Source of the DNA: Candidatus Taylorbacteria bacterium RIFCSPHIGHO2_02_FULL_43_32b
Lineage (GTDB): Bacteria; Patescibacteriota; Minisyncoccia; Phycocordibacterales; 2-02-FULL-43-11
DNA length: 55,695 nucleotides
Assembly (NCBI GenBank): GCA_001820955.1
Contig: MHRK01000047.1
Span: 1-55,695 of the forward strand
Reading direction: 5' to 3'
The notes under the pieces are model-generated. The model was given only the letters and a program-made list of their open reading frames with translations. It was not told the origin of the DNA and did not search any database. Below are positions 7,760 to 16,688 of this stretch, piece after piece (the first letter of the stretch is position 1; every line of letters starts with the position of its first letter). Made by a program: the position numbers and the translations under genes.

Positions 7760-9030
7760 ATTTTTCAAAGAAAACTTTGCCAAATGGTCTCCGAATTATC
7801 ACGGTGCCTATGAAAGATAACCCCACTGTCACGGTTTTGGTTTTGGTGGCGGTTGGCTCCAAATATGAGACAAAAGAGATAAACGGTCTTTCTCATTTTT
7901 TGGAACACATGTGTTTTAAAGGTACCAAAAAACGGCCGACAGCACTTCATATTTCGCATGAATTAGACTCTGTCGGGGCTCAATACAATGCTTTTACAGG
8001 GCAGGAATATACGGGTTATTACGCGAAAGCCGCGGCCAAACACGCGCCGCTTCTTGTGGATGTGGTTTCTGATATTTACTTAAACTCAACCCTGCCGGAA
8101 GCCGAAATGGAAAAAGAGAAAGGGGTCATTATCGAGGAAATCAATATGTACAACGACCTTCCTCAGCGAAAAGTTCAGGACATTTTTATGTCCTTGCTTT
8201 ACGGCAATCAGCCGGCGGGGTGGGATATTGCCGGCACAAAAGAGAATGTGTCCAAAATGAAGCGTTCCGATTTTATCGACTACCGCTCAAAATTTTACAC
8301 GGCGCCAGAAACCCTTGTCGTTGTCTCTGGCTCGATAGACGAAAAAGAAATTTTAAAGTTAGTGGAAAAACAATTCCAGTCTTCTTCTCCGAAGAAAGGA
8401 GGAGGGAAGTTGCCCGTAAGCGAAAAACAAGACATGCCCGCTATTTCGAACCAAAAGAAAGAGACCGATCAGACCCATTTTGTTTTGGGGGTCAGGACAT
8501 TCGATGCTTATGCCAAAAAGAATGCGGAATTAAAAGTTTTAACCGGAGTTTTAAGTGGCGGAATGAGTTCTCGTTTGTTTGAGAAGATGCGCAACAAGCT
8601 CGGGATTTGTTACTACGTCAATGCTTCGGAGGATTCGTTTACCGATCACGGATTTTTTTCCGTGTCTGCAGGCGTCAAAAACGAAAGGTTAGTCGAAGCA
8701 ATAAAAGAAATTTTGAAAGAGCTGGCTTCTCTTCGGGACACTTTGGTGCCGGAGAAGGAACTTGCCAAGGTTAAGGATTATCTTGTGGGCGGTATGTATC
8801 TTGGACTCGAGTCGTCGGACTCATTGGCTGAATTTTACGGCTCGCAGGAAATTATCAAAAAACCGCTCAAAAAGCCCGAAGAATTGGCTAAGGAAATCAC
8901 TGAAGTGACGAGCTTACGTATTCGGAATTTGGCTAAAGAGATATTTGTAGACAACAATCTTAACCTGTCATGGATTGGTCCTGAAATGAAGAAGGAGGAC
9001 ATGATCAAAATTCTTTCGTTCGGCAAGTAG
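7756..9030 (+). CDS. M16 (pitrilysin/insulinase) family zinc peptidase
   Basis: HFLEHMCFKGT (HxxEH zinc motif). The ATGA overlap with the RT stop suggests co-transcription. Confidence 0.9.
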   Translation: MNFSKKTLPNGLRIITVPMKDNPTVTVLVLVAVGSKYETKEINGLSHFLEHMCFKGTKKRPTALHISHELDSVGAQYNAFTGQEYTGYYAKAAAKHAPLLVDVVSDIYLNSTLPEAEMEKEKGVIIEEINMYNDLPQRKVQDIFMSLLYGNQPAGWDIAGTKENVSKMKRSDFIDYRSKFYTAPETLVVVSGSIDEKEILKLVEKQFQSSSPKKGGGKLPVSEKQDMPAISNQKKETDQTHFVLGVRTFDAYAKKNAELKVLTGVLSGGMSSRLFEKMRNKLGICYYVNASEDSFTDHGFFSVSAGVKNERLVEAIKEILKELASLRDTLVPEKELAKVKDYLVGGMYLGLESSDSLAEFYGSQEIIKKPLKKPEELAKEITEVTSLRIRNLAKEIFVDNNLNLSWIGPEMKKEDMIKILSFGK

Positions 9031-9088
9031 ACTTTAAGAATAGGCTTCAAGCTTCACAAGCCTCTCTATCCGCGATAGCATATAGGTT

Positions 9089-10186
9089 ATGGCGGAAATG
9101 CATGATCGAGATCTCCATATTACCATTAGCTCCGGCACGATTTTTAAGGCCGTGGTTATTGTCCTTTGCGTTTGGCTTCTTTTTGCGGTTAAGGATGTTG
9201 TTCTTGTTGTTTTGACTTCTATCGTCCTCGCATCTGCCATAGAACCCGTAATAGTTTCCATGAGAAAGTGGCGGATTAAACGCGTGGCCGCTGTCATCAT
9301 CACCTATTTGGTTTTAGCGATAGTTGCTTCAACTGTTGTGTTTTTTTTCATACCGTCTCTTGTTCAAGATACCGCCAGTTTTTTGGGGCAGGTGCCGAAA
9401 TATATCGACACTATTTCTTTGTGGAATCCTCTCCAGGAAGATTTTACGGCTGAAAAGAATACCGCCAAGGTGCTCTCTGAGGGTATTACCGAGGGAACAA
9501 GGGTGGTTGGAACTGGATTTTCACTGACCGGTTTTATGGATAATTTGTCGCAGATTTTCTCAAACGCTTCGGAAGGAGCTCTTAGAGTAGTAAGTCTATT
9601 TTTCGGCGGAATTCTTAGTTTCGTTCTGATTATTGTTTTGTCTTTTTATCTTGCTGTGCAAGAAAATGGGGTTGGGAATTTCTTGGCTGTTATTGTCCCA
9701 AATAAATACGAAAATTATGTGCTCGGTCTTTGGAAGAGAGTGGAAACAAAAATTGGTTATTGGTTCCAGGGTCAGCTTCTCCTTGGTGTGCTTGTTGGGG
9801 TTTTGGTCTACCTCTTTCTGATAGTTTTTGGGGTGCAAAATGCCATAGTCTTGGCTGTGATAGCCGCGTGTTTCGAAATAATTCCGCTCTTCGGCCCCAT
9901 TTTGGCTGCCATACCGGCCATTGCTGTCGGGTACGCGCAGGAGGGTGTGACTCTCGCATTAATTGTTGCCGGCGTTTATTTGATTATCCACCAGTTTGAA
10001 AATCATCTCATATATCCATTGGTTGTAAAAAAGATTGTTGGCGTTCCTCCACTTATCGTAATTGTCGCTTTAATTGTCGGAGGACAGCTCGCCGGATTTT
10101 TAGGCATTTTCCTTTCCGTTCCGATTGCAACTCTTCTTATGGAATGGTTTAACGATTTGGAGAAGAGTAAGCTTAGTAAAGCTTAG
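9089..10186 (+). CDS. AI-2E family transporter (PerM/UPF0118-like permease)
   Basis: 365 aa, multi-TM, with ...FEIIPLFGPILAAIPAI... and ...LSVPIATLLMEW... typical of the family. Confidence 0.8.
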   Translation: MAEMHDRDLHITISSGTIFKAVVIVLCVWLLFAVKDVVLVVLTSIVLASAIEPVIVSMRKWRIKRVAAVIITYLVLAIVASTVVFFFIPSLVQDTASFLGQVPKYIDTISLWNPLQEDFTAEKNTAKVLSEGITEGTRVVGTGFSLTGFMDNLSQIFSNASEGALRVVSLFFGGILSFVLIIVLSFYLAVQENGVGNFLAVIVPNKYENYVLGLWKRVETKIGYWFQGQLLLGVLVGVLVYLFLIVFGVQNAIVLAVIAACFEIIPLFGPILAAIPAIAVGYAQEGVTLALIVAGVYLIIHQFENHLIYPLVVKKIVGVPPLIVIVALIVGGQLAGFLGIFLSVPIATLLMEWFNDLEKSKLSKA

Positions 10187-10198
10187 CAAGTGCTAATC

Positions 10199-10238
10199 AA
10201 CGAATGATACGAATATTAACGAATGAATTACGAATAAG
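10199..10238. repeat. Word-repeat element, family F4 (acgaat/attcgt words)
   Basis: The sequence is aacgaatgatacgaatattaacgaatgaattacgaataag. Related palindromic copies lie at 35173-35275, 44578-44624 and 52603-52708. Confidence 0.55.
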
Positions 10239-10314
10239 ATGGAACCTTTGAAAATCAAATTGTGGCCGTATTGGGTGAAAGGAAATTGAAAATGTAAAAA
10301 TCAAAATGGAAAAT

Positions 10315-10428
10315 GACCCGCCTGCTTTGAAGTGACGAGGCGCGATGAAAGTAATAGTTATCGAGTAATGTATAAATGTTATGTTAAGCATTGAGACCAG
10401 AGCCAAAGCATTTCGGGCAGGCAATGTA
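10315..10428 (+). repeat. 114-bp conserved 5' module (promoter-like region plus first 16 codons), copy 1
   Basis: 113/114 identical to the reverse complement of 24186-24299. Contains tataaat just upstream of ATG 10381. Confidence 0.85.
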
Positions 10429-10746
10429 GAATTAAAAATTTCGAAGTGGAGTACTTGGCCATATTGGTTGAGGGGAGGAATGTTGTTTGCTATCGTATTC
10501 ATTCTCTGGCTATGTCTCGGGTCTTATGTTGATAAAATGATCTGTATACCAACGCTAATTGTGGCCTGTCATCAATTTGCTTCTCTTCCTCTAACAAACC
10601 AAATAATTAATCCGCTGATCTGGATGCTCTTCGGTAGTTCTGATTTGATAATATATATTGCGAGTGGAACCGTTTACTTCCTTTGCGGGGCAATTCTCGG
10701 CTGGCTCTATGGCAAAATCAAACCACATAAAATTTTGTATTCTTAA
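10381..10746 (+). CDS. Small multi-TM membrane protein, WPYWLxGG...GWLYGKIK paralog family (P1)
   Basis: MLSIETRAKAFRAGNV..WPYWLRGG..GAILGWLYGKIKPHKILYS. Paralogs are at 22367..22741 and 23922..24233. Confidence 0.6.
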   Translation: MLSIETRAKAFRAGNVELKISKWSTWPYWLRGGMLFAIVFILWLCLGSYVDKMICIPTLIVACHQFASLPLTNQIINPLIWMLFGSSDLIIYIASGTVYFLCGAILGWLYGKIKPHKILYS

Positions 10747-10877
10747 ATTTTTACATTTAACACTGTCATTTTACATTTTGATATTTAAATTTTGCATTTT
10801 AATGCTCTATGGCAAAATTAAAAATCGCAAATTGTCTCAACTAAACGCTTCACGCTAAACGCTTTACGCTTTATCTC

Positions 10878-12314
10878 ATGTCTAACCCTTTTTATATAAC
10901 CACCACTCTCCCTTACGTTAATGCGGAACCGCATATCGGTTTTGCCATGGAAATCATTCGTGCAGATATTATTGCTCGCTGGAAAAAATCACAGGGATTT
11001 GACGTTTTTTTCAACACCGGCACGGATGAGCACGGGGCAAAAATATGGCAAAAGGCGAGCGGAGAGGGCATCCCCGTACAGGAATATGTAAACCAGTGCG
11101 CCGCAAAATTTCGGGATTTGAAACAGTTGCTTAACCTTTCGGATGGCATCAATTTTATCCGTACCACGGATCCAAACCACATCAAGGCGACCGAGGAGTT
11201 TTGGAGGAAGTGTGATTTGAGGGGGTACATTTATAAAAAAAATTATAAAATAAAATATTGCGTCGGTTGTGAACTTGAGAAGACCGAATCCGAACTTGTG
11301 GACGGAAAATGTCCAATTCATCCGAATCAGGAAATTCAGCTTATCGAAGAAGAAAATTATTTTTTCAAATTTTCTGAATTTCAGAAACCGCTTTTGGAAC
11401 TTTACAAAAAACAGCCCCGTTTGGTCGTGCCCGATTTCCGTTTCAATGAGATAAAGGCTTTCGTGGAAAGGGGGCTTCAGGATTTCAGTATTTCGCGCCT
11501 CAAAACAAAAATGCCCTGGGGTGTTCCGGTGCCCGGCGACGACGAGCATGTCATGTATGTATGGTTTGACGCTCTCGTAAATTACATTTCCGCGATAGGC
11601 TGGCCCGAGGACGAGGCTAAATTTAAGAAATGGTGGCAGGAAACGGGCGGGGTAGTGCAGTATTGCGGGAAAGATAATTTGAGACAGCAGTCCGCCATGT
11701 GGCAGGCCATGCTTATGGCAGCGGACTTGCCACCATCAAAAACCATAGTTATTGACGGCTTTATTACGAAGAATGGTCAAAAAATTTCGAAGTCTTTGGG
11801 TAATACTGTGGACCCTGTCGGCATTGTTTCGGAGTATGGGGTTGATGCACTTCGATACTATGTTGCAAGAGAGCTCCATCCATTTGAAGACAGCGATTAC
11901 ACTGAGGAAGGGTTCAAGAAAGCTTACAATGGAAATTTGGCTAACGGTATCGGTAACCTTGCAAGCAGGATTACTCAAATGATGATTGCCAATCAAGTAT
12001 CAGTTGAAATCAGCGAGGAAAAAGTGGAGAACCAAATTTACATCAACGCTATGGAAAATTTTGATATAAAAGCGGCCTGTGATGAAATTTGGAAAATAAT
12101 ACAGAAAACGGACCAGAGAATTCAAGAGATTCAACCTTTTCGGTTGGTAAAAACCGATCTTCAAAAAGGCAAAGAGGAAATTGCTTATCTCGGTAGGGAA
12201 CTCAACAAGGTCGCTGTTTTACTTTCCCCGATTATGCCTCATACATCTCGTAAAATTAAGGAAGCCATTGCGGAAAATAAAAAAACTGATACGCTATTTC
12301 CACGAAAGGAATAA
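10878..12314 (+). CDS. metG: Methionine--tRNA ligase
   Basis: PYVNAEPHIGF (HIGH-like) and KISKSLGN (KMSKS-like), with CxxC...CP zinc-knuckle residues. Confidence 0.95.
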   Translation: MSNPFYITTTLPYVNAEPHIGFAMEIIRADIIARWKKSQGFDVFFNTGTDEHGAKIWQKASGEGIPVQEYVNQCAAKFRDLKQLLNLSDGINFIRTTDPNHIKATEEFWRKCDLRGYIYKKNYKIKYCVGCELEKTESELVDGKCPIHPNQEIQLIEEENYFFKFSEFQKPLLELYKKQPRLVVPDFRFNEIKAFVERGLQDFSISRLKTKMPWGVPVPGDDEHVMYVWFDALVNYISAIGWPEDEAKFKKWWQETGGVVQYCGKDNLRQQSAMWQAMLMAADLPPSKTIVIDGFITKNGQKISKSLGNTVDPVGIVSEYGVDALRYYVARELHPFEDSDYTEEGFKKAYNGNLANGIGNLASRITQMMIANQVSVEISEEKVENQIYINAMENFDIKAACDEIWKIIQKTDQRIQEIQPFRLVKTDLQKGKEEIAYLGRELNKVAVLLSPIMPHTSRKIKEAIAENKKTDTLFPRKE

Positions 12315-12421
12315 TTTCACCGCCATGATTCATAATAATAAAAAAGTTAGCTGGTCTAGTTTTGTTTAAGTGTAATGTCTGCAGTTTATTCGCTGCACAT
12401 TACAATTTTAAACAAAATTAA

Positions 12422-13075
12422 ATGATTCAACTTAACGATTCCTCCCTTAGAAAGATCATTTTGGCGCTCGCCATCTATTTGACTTCGCTATTCGCCGCAA
12501 ATACTTTGGGGCTTAAAATTATGCCTTTTATTTTCGGTTCCCATTTATCAGTGGCTGTATTTTCATTTCCGTTTGTTTTCTTAACCACAGACGTTATCGG
12601 TGAAGTTTATGGAAAACGAATCGCTAAACTTTTTGTCTTAGCCGGTTTTTTTAGCACGGCCTTGTTTATTGCCTATTCTTTTTTGTCTATCTATTTGCCA
12701 TGGTCGAGCGAGGGACTGTGGGCAAGGGAAGGCTACAATCAGATGTTTGGCGTTTCGATCCGCATAGCCGTGGCATCACTTTTAGCTTTTGTTATTGCAG
12801 AGTATCAAGATGTTTTGTCTTTTTTCTTTTGGAAGAAAAAGTTTGGAGAGAAATATTTTTGGTTGCGCTCAAATTTATCGAATCTCTGGTCGCAGTTTTT
12901 GGACACAGTCATATTTATGGTCGTGGCTTTCGCGGGTATTTATGAGACAAAAACGCTTATAAGTATTATCCTCTCATGGCGGCTCTACAAAGTGGCGATG
13001 GGATTTCTATACACCCCACTTTCTTATGCCGGAGTCAGGATTCTTCGCGGGAAGGAAGTTTCGGAAAATAAATAA
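12422..13075 (+). CDS. yhhQ: Queuosine-precursor transporter family protein (YhhQ/DUF165)
   Basis: 217 aa, ~6 TM, with FPFVFLTTDVIGEVYGKR... and ...FLDTVIFMVVAF... typical of the family. Confidence 0.75.
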   Translation: MIQLNDSSLRKIILALAIYLTSLFAANTLGLKIMPFIFGSHLSVAVFSFPFVFLTTDVIGEVYGKRIAKLFVLAGFFSTALFIAYSFLSIYLPWSSEGLWAREGYNQMFGVSIRIAVASLLAFVIAEYQDVLSFFFWKKKFGEKYFWLRSNLSNLWSQFLDTVIFMVVAFAGIYETKTLISIILSWRLYKVAMGFLYTPLSYAGVRILRGKEVSENK

Positions 13076-13773
13076 TGATAGTTCGGCCTTTAAAAACTAG
13101 AATATTTTGGGAGGGAGAAGACATTATTTCTTTCCTCTTTGAGTATGCGGGTAAATTGAAAGAAAGGTCGGTCGTTGTAGTTACCTCAAAAATTATTGCT
13201 CTATCGGAGGGGAGGACAGTATTCCCAAATAGTGCTGAAGCCAAGGAGAAAATCATTAAAGAAGAGAGCGATTTTTACATGAAGACTAAACATGTCTGGC
13301 TTACCATCAAAGACGGTATGGTGATGGCAAATGCAGGGGTGGACGAGTCAAATGCTAAGGGCAAGCTCATTCTTCTGCCCAAAGACAGTTTCCGGTCTGC
13401 GGAGCGCATCCGATCAGAGCTTCTGCAGAAGTTCGGTTTAAAGCGTTTAGGAGTATTGATTACGGACAGCAAAACGGTGCCGCTTCGTGCCGGAGTGACG
13501 GGGGTTGCGCTTGGTTATGCCGGTTTCTGTGGTGTGAGAGATTATCGGGGAAAGTCTGATATATTTGGCAGGAAGTTTGTGTATTCGAGATCCAACATTT
13601 CTGACGGATTGGCTACTGCTGCGGTTTTAACAATGGGGGAAGGACGTGAAAAATACCCAATTGCCATTATTGAGAATGCTCCGGTTCAATTTTGTCAAAA
13701 AGTGCGAAAAGCCGAATTAAAGATAAAATTGGAGGACGATATGTACAGGCCTCTTTTTTCAGGGAAAAAATGA
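13075..13773 (+). CDS. CofE/FbiB-like (F420-0:gamma-glutamyl ligase family) protein
   Basis: VVVVTSKIIALSEGR, ANAGVDESNA, LGVLITDS, PLRAGVTGVALGYAGF. The start overlaps the yhhQ stop by 1 nt (TAATG). Confidence 0.7.
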   Translation: MIVRPLKTRIFWEGEDIISFLFEYAGKLKERSVVVVTSKIIALSEGRTVFPNSAEAKEKIIKEESDFYMKTKHVWLTIKDGMVMANAGVDESNAKGKLILLPKDSFRSAERIRSELLQKFGLKRLGVLITDSKTVPLRAGVTGVALGYAGFCGVRDYRGKSDIFGRKFVYSRSNISDGLATAAVLTMGEGREKYPIAIIENAPVQFCQKVRKAELKIKLEDDMYRPLFSGKK

Positions 13774-14612
13774 TTCACCAAACAACAAATACTCGCTGTT
13801 TAATCAAGGCGGCTCGGAATCTTGGCTTGCGGGTCGAGATATTCGACAAGAATGGCAATTTTGTGATGGTTAGAGAGGGCGAAAAAAAATTATTTTTCGC
13901 CAACTACGCCACTCCTTTTAATAGTGCCTCTGTAGAAAAAATTTGCAAAGACAAGGAGTTCACCCATTTACTGTTGGAGAGCGTTGTTCGAATGCCGAGA
14001 GCAAAAGGTTTTTTCGATCCGCTTTATAATGAGGGGGGCGAGATCAAAAACGGCCGAGACACTTTGGCCTCTTTGACGCAAAAAATAATGGAGAGTTTTA
14101 CTTTACCTCTAATTTTAAAGCCAAATTCGAGAGCCAGGGGTTTAAACGTCGCTCTTTGCATCGAAAGCCGCCACGTCTACGATGCCTTGGAGAGAATATT
14201 TGATCATAGATCCGAGTATTATGATTACGTAGCTTTGGCCGAGGAATACGTAAAAATCGATAAAGAGTATCGGGTTGTAGTATACGATAAAAAAATAGCA
14301 CTTTTATATGAAAAAGATATTTCAGGCGCCGAATTCAACGGCAATTTAAGCCCACTTCATTGGGACGGAGCCAAGGCTGTGATTATAGAAGACGAGAATT
14401 TAAAGAAAAAACTTGCTGAATTTATATCACCAATATTCGATCAATTTGAACTAAATTTCGCGGGGCTTGATATTATTATTGGCAAGGATAGCAAAATATA
14501 TCTTTTGGAGGTAAATACCCAGATAGGATTTGCAAATTTCGTGAAAGACAACGGCGAAAAACCGCTTATTGAATTTTACGAAAAAATATTTAAACCCACT
14601 TTATATGAATAA
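13770..14612 (+). CDS. ATP-grasp (RimK/CofF-like) ligase
   Basis: LILKPNSRARGLNVAL...EYRVVVYDKKIALLYEK...AGLDIIIGKDSKIYLLEVNTQIGF. ATGA overlap with the preceding gene. The ORF track starts earlier, at 13692. Confidence 0.7.
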   Translation: MIHQTTNTRCLIKAARNLGLRVEIFDKNGNFVMVREGEKKLFFANYATPFNSASVEKICKDKEFTHLLLESVVRMPRAKGFFDPLYNEGGEIKNGRDTLASLTQKIMESFTLPLILKPNSRARGLNVALCIESRHVYDALERIFDHRSEYYDYVALAEEYVKIDKEYRVVVYDKKIALLYEKDISGAEFNGNLSPLHWDGAKAVIIEDENLKKKLAEFISPIFDQFELNFAGLDIIIGKDSKIYLLEVNTQIGFANFVKDNGEKPLIEFYEKIFKPTLYE

Positions 14613-14791
14613 TACGTATACCTACCTGCTTGGTTTAGTGGTTTTTTGTTTTGTCTTTTTGTCCGTAGTGGTTTGGCGGCATTTGAGCCACAGGCGGTTT
14701 CTTAATCGCATACAGAAAGTTTTTTGACGTCTGACTTTTTTGCCGGACGTTTTTTGTTGAACCATTATTCATAATTCGTTATTCTTAATTC

Positions 14792-15679
14792 ATGATTCTC
14801 AAGTATATGGACGCACACGGGCATGTGAATTTCGTGGCCTATAAAGACGATAGGGGGGAGACGATAAAACGCTCGCTTGATGAGGGTGTCTGGATGGCTG
14901 TTGTCGGCACTCAAAAAGACACTTCGAAATCGGCAGTAGAATTGGCGGAGAAATATAAAGAAGGAGTTTACGCCATTGTTGGTCTTCATCCTATACATAC
15001 GGATAAATCATTTCACGATAAGGAAGAGCTGGGTGTTGGGGGAGCGGAGTTCACATCTCGAGGCGAACAATTTGACTATGATGCATATAGAAAAATGATA
15101 GAAAATTCAAAAGTTGTGGCCATTGGAGAGTGCGGGCTCGATTATTACCGTGTCGATTCGGACGGGACAAATTTGAAGAAACAGGAGGACATTTTTCGTC
15201 AGCATATCGAACTTTCTATCGAGTCGAAAAAACCGCTCATGCTTCACATCCGAAATGGTTCGGGCAGGTCGGCATATATCGATGCTGTTAAAATTTTGAG
15301 TAGCTACAAATCACGGTTAACAAATATTGGTGATGTCCACTGCTATACAGGCAGTTATGAAGAGGCCAAAGGTTTTCTGGATTTAGGATTTAGCATTTCT
15401 TTTACGGGGCTTGTCACTTTTCCTCTTCGAAAATCCGAGGCTAAAGGAAGAGAAGCTGGTGCGCGAAGTTACGATGAAATTGTCAGAGCGATACCGATTG
15501 AGCGAATTTTGGCAGAAACCGATTGCCCATACCTTGCTCCACAGCCGTATCGGGGCAAGCGTAACGAGCCCTTATATGTAAGCGAGGTGGTCAAAAGTAT
15601 AGCCGAAATAAAAAAGCTGGAGTTGGAAAATACAAGAGAGCAGATTCTCGAAAATACGCTTAAATTTTTTGGATTGTAG
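14792..15679 (+). CDS. tatD: TatD family metal-dependent hydrolase/DNase
   Basis: MDAHGHVNF (HxH), ECGLDYY, LMLHIRN, DVHCYTGS, ETDCPYLAP. The start may be ATG 14807. Confidence 0.85.
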   Translation: MILKYMDAHGHVNFVAYKDDRGETIKRSLDEGVWMAVVGTQKDTSKSAVELAEKYKEGVYAIVGLHPIHTDKSFHDKEELGVGGAEFTSRGEQFDYDAYRKMIENSKVVAIGECGLDYYRVDSDGTNLKKQEDIFRQHIELSIESKKPLMLHIRNGSGRSAYIDAVKILSSYKSRLTNIGDVHCYTGSYEEAKGFLDLGFSISFTGLVTFPLRKSEAKGREAGARSYDEIVRAIPIERILAETDCPYLAPQPYRGKRNEPLYVSEVVKSIAEIKKLELENTREQILENTLKFFGL

Positions 15680-15699
15680 GGTTTGGTGCGGTCAAAGAG

Positions 15700-15722
15700 A
15701 AAGCCGTCGAGAACGACGGCTT
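15700..15722. terminator. Bidirectional hairpin terminator
   Basis: Stem aagccgtcg-agaa-cgacggctt, just after the tatD stop. It also overlaps the stop of a 39-codon minus-strand ORF. Confidence 0.55.
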
Positions 15723-15898
15723 AAGAATGTAAGATGGGGAGAAAAAAGCCCCACCGCCCTACAATGAAAAAAAGAGCGATGGGGCTTCCACTCCGACCAG
15801 TCAACATGACCCCGCAGAGGCAAATTACTACTTTCAGCATACTCCAATAAAAAATTTGGTCAAGTACTTTTCGCTTGCGACTTTCCAATAGGGAAATT

Positions 15899-15928
15899 TT
15901 GACTTCTGTATCATTATTGTGCTAATCT
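15899..15928 (+). promoter_or_regulatory. Sigma70-like promoter candidate for rpsF-ssb-rpsR
   Basis: TTGACT, 18-nt spacer, TAATCT, with TG one base upstream of the -10. Confidence 0.35.
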
Positions 15929-15961
15929 CACTCCTACAAATTAGTAGTTATAAAGTAAATA

Positions 15962-16480
15962 ATGGAAGAAACAAATAAGGTCACCGAAGCCACCGTGGAT
16001 ACGGCAGAAGAAAAAGCCGAAGGAAAAATCTACGAAATTGGCTACCACATAGTCCCATCGGTGCCTGAGGACAAATTGGGAGCCGAGGTATCCTCTATAA
16101 AGGATATTCTCGAGAAGCAGAAGGCCGTTGTCGTGAGCGAAGAGTCGCCAAAGTTGCGCCAGTTAACCTACGAAATGCGCAAAGAGTTTGCCGGAAAGTA
16201 TCAAAAATACAATTCCGCCTATTTCGGCTGGGTAAAATTTGAGGCTGAACCTACAGATGCGCTCAAAATCGAAGCCGCCTTTAAGAAAAATCCTCAGATT
16301 TTGAGGTATCTTCTTATAAAAACTGTGCGAGAAAATACTATGACGGCACCAAGAATTCCTTCATACAGAAAGAGCGAGGTGCCGAAGTTTGAGGAGAAAA
16401 AAGAAGCCGATCAGACTCCTAAGAAAGAGGTTTCTGAAACAGAGCTTGATAAGGCCATTGATGCGGCCATAGCGGAGTAG
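15962..16480 (+). CDS. rpsF: 30S ribosomal protein S6 (with N- and C-terminal extensions)
   Basis: KIYEIGYHIVPS...LRQLTYEMRKEFAGKYQKYNSAYFGWVKFEAEP...ILRYLLIKT. Confidence 0.88.
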   Translation: MEETNKVTEATVDTAEEKAEGKIYEIGYHIVPSVPEDKLGAEVSSIKDILEKQKAVVVSEESPKLRQLTYEMRKEFAGKYQKYNSAYFGWVKFEAEPTDALKIEAAFKKNPQILRYLLIKTVRENTMTAPRIPSYRKSEVPKFEEKKEADQTPKKEVSETELDKAIDAAIAE

Positions 16481-16688
16481 CTGAAAAATAAAGAGCGTGG
16501 CGATTATATTTTTCGCTACCCCGTTAAGTTCTTTCAAATACAGCCTCCACGCATTTACCGTTTTCTCAATCCGTGGTACTATTGGCAGGGAGTGTTGTCT
16601 ATTACAAACAATTTGAAAGAATCTGCCCAGGGCGGATACTTAACGGGGTGATGATTTTTATACTCACTTCGTTCGTTAAAAATCTATC

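Larger units (their letters stand above)
10285..10800 (+). mobile_element. Family F1 inverted-repeat-bracketed cassette carrying a small membrane-protein gene
   Basis: The left arm aaaaatcaaaatggaaaatgac (10294-10317) is the inverted match of gtcattttacattttgatattt (10763-10786). The passenger is ORF 10381..10746. Confidence 0.5.

Noticed and set aside
12370-12421. Hairpin tgtaat-gtc-tgcag-tttattcg-ctgca-c-attaca followed by an A-rich tract directly upstream of the yhhQ-type transporter, considered as a preQ1-I riboswitch.
   Set aside because: The genomic context fits, but the loop and tail do not match the conserved preQ1-I features I can recall. The structure is equally well explained as the metG terminator. 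A cmsearch with the preQ1 models is needed.
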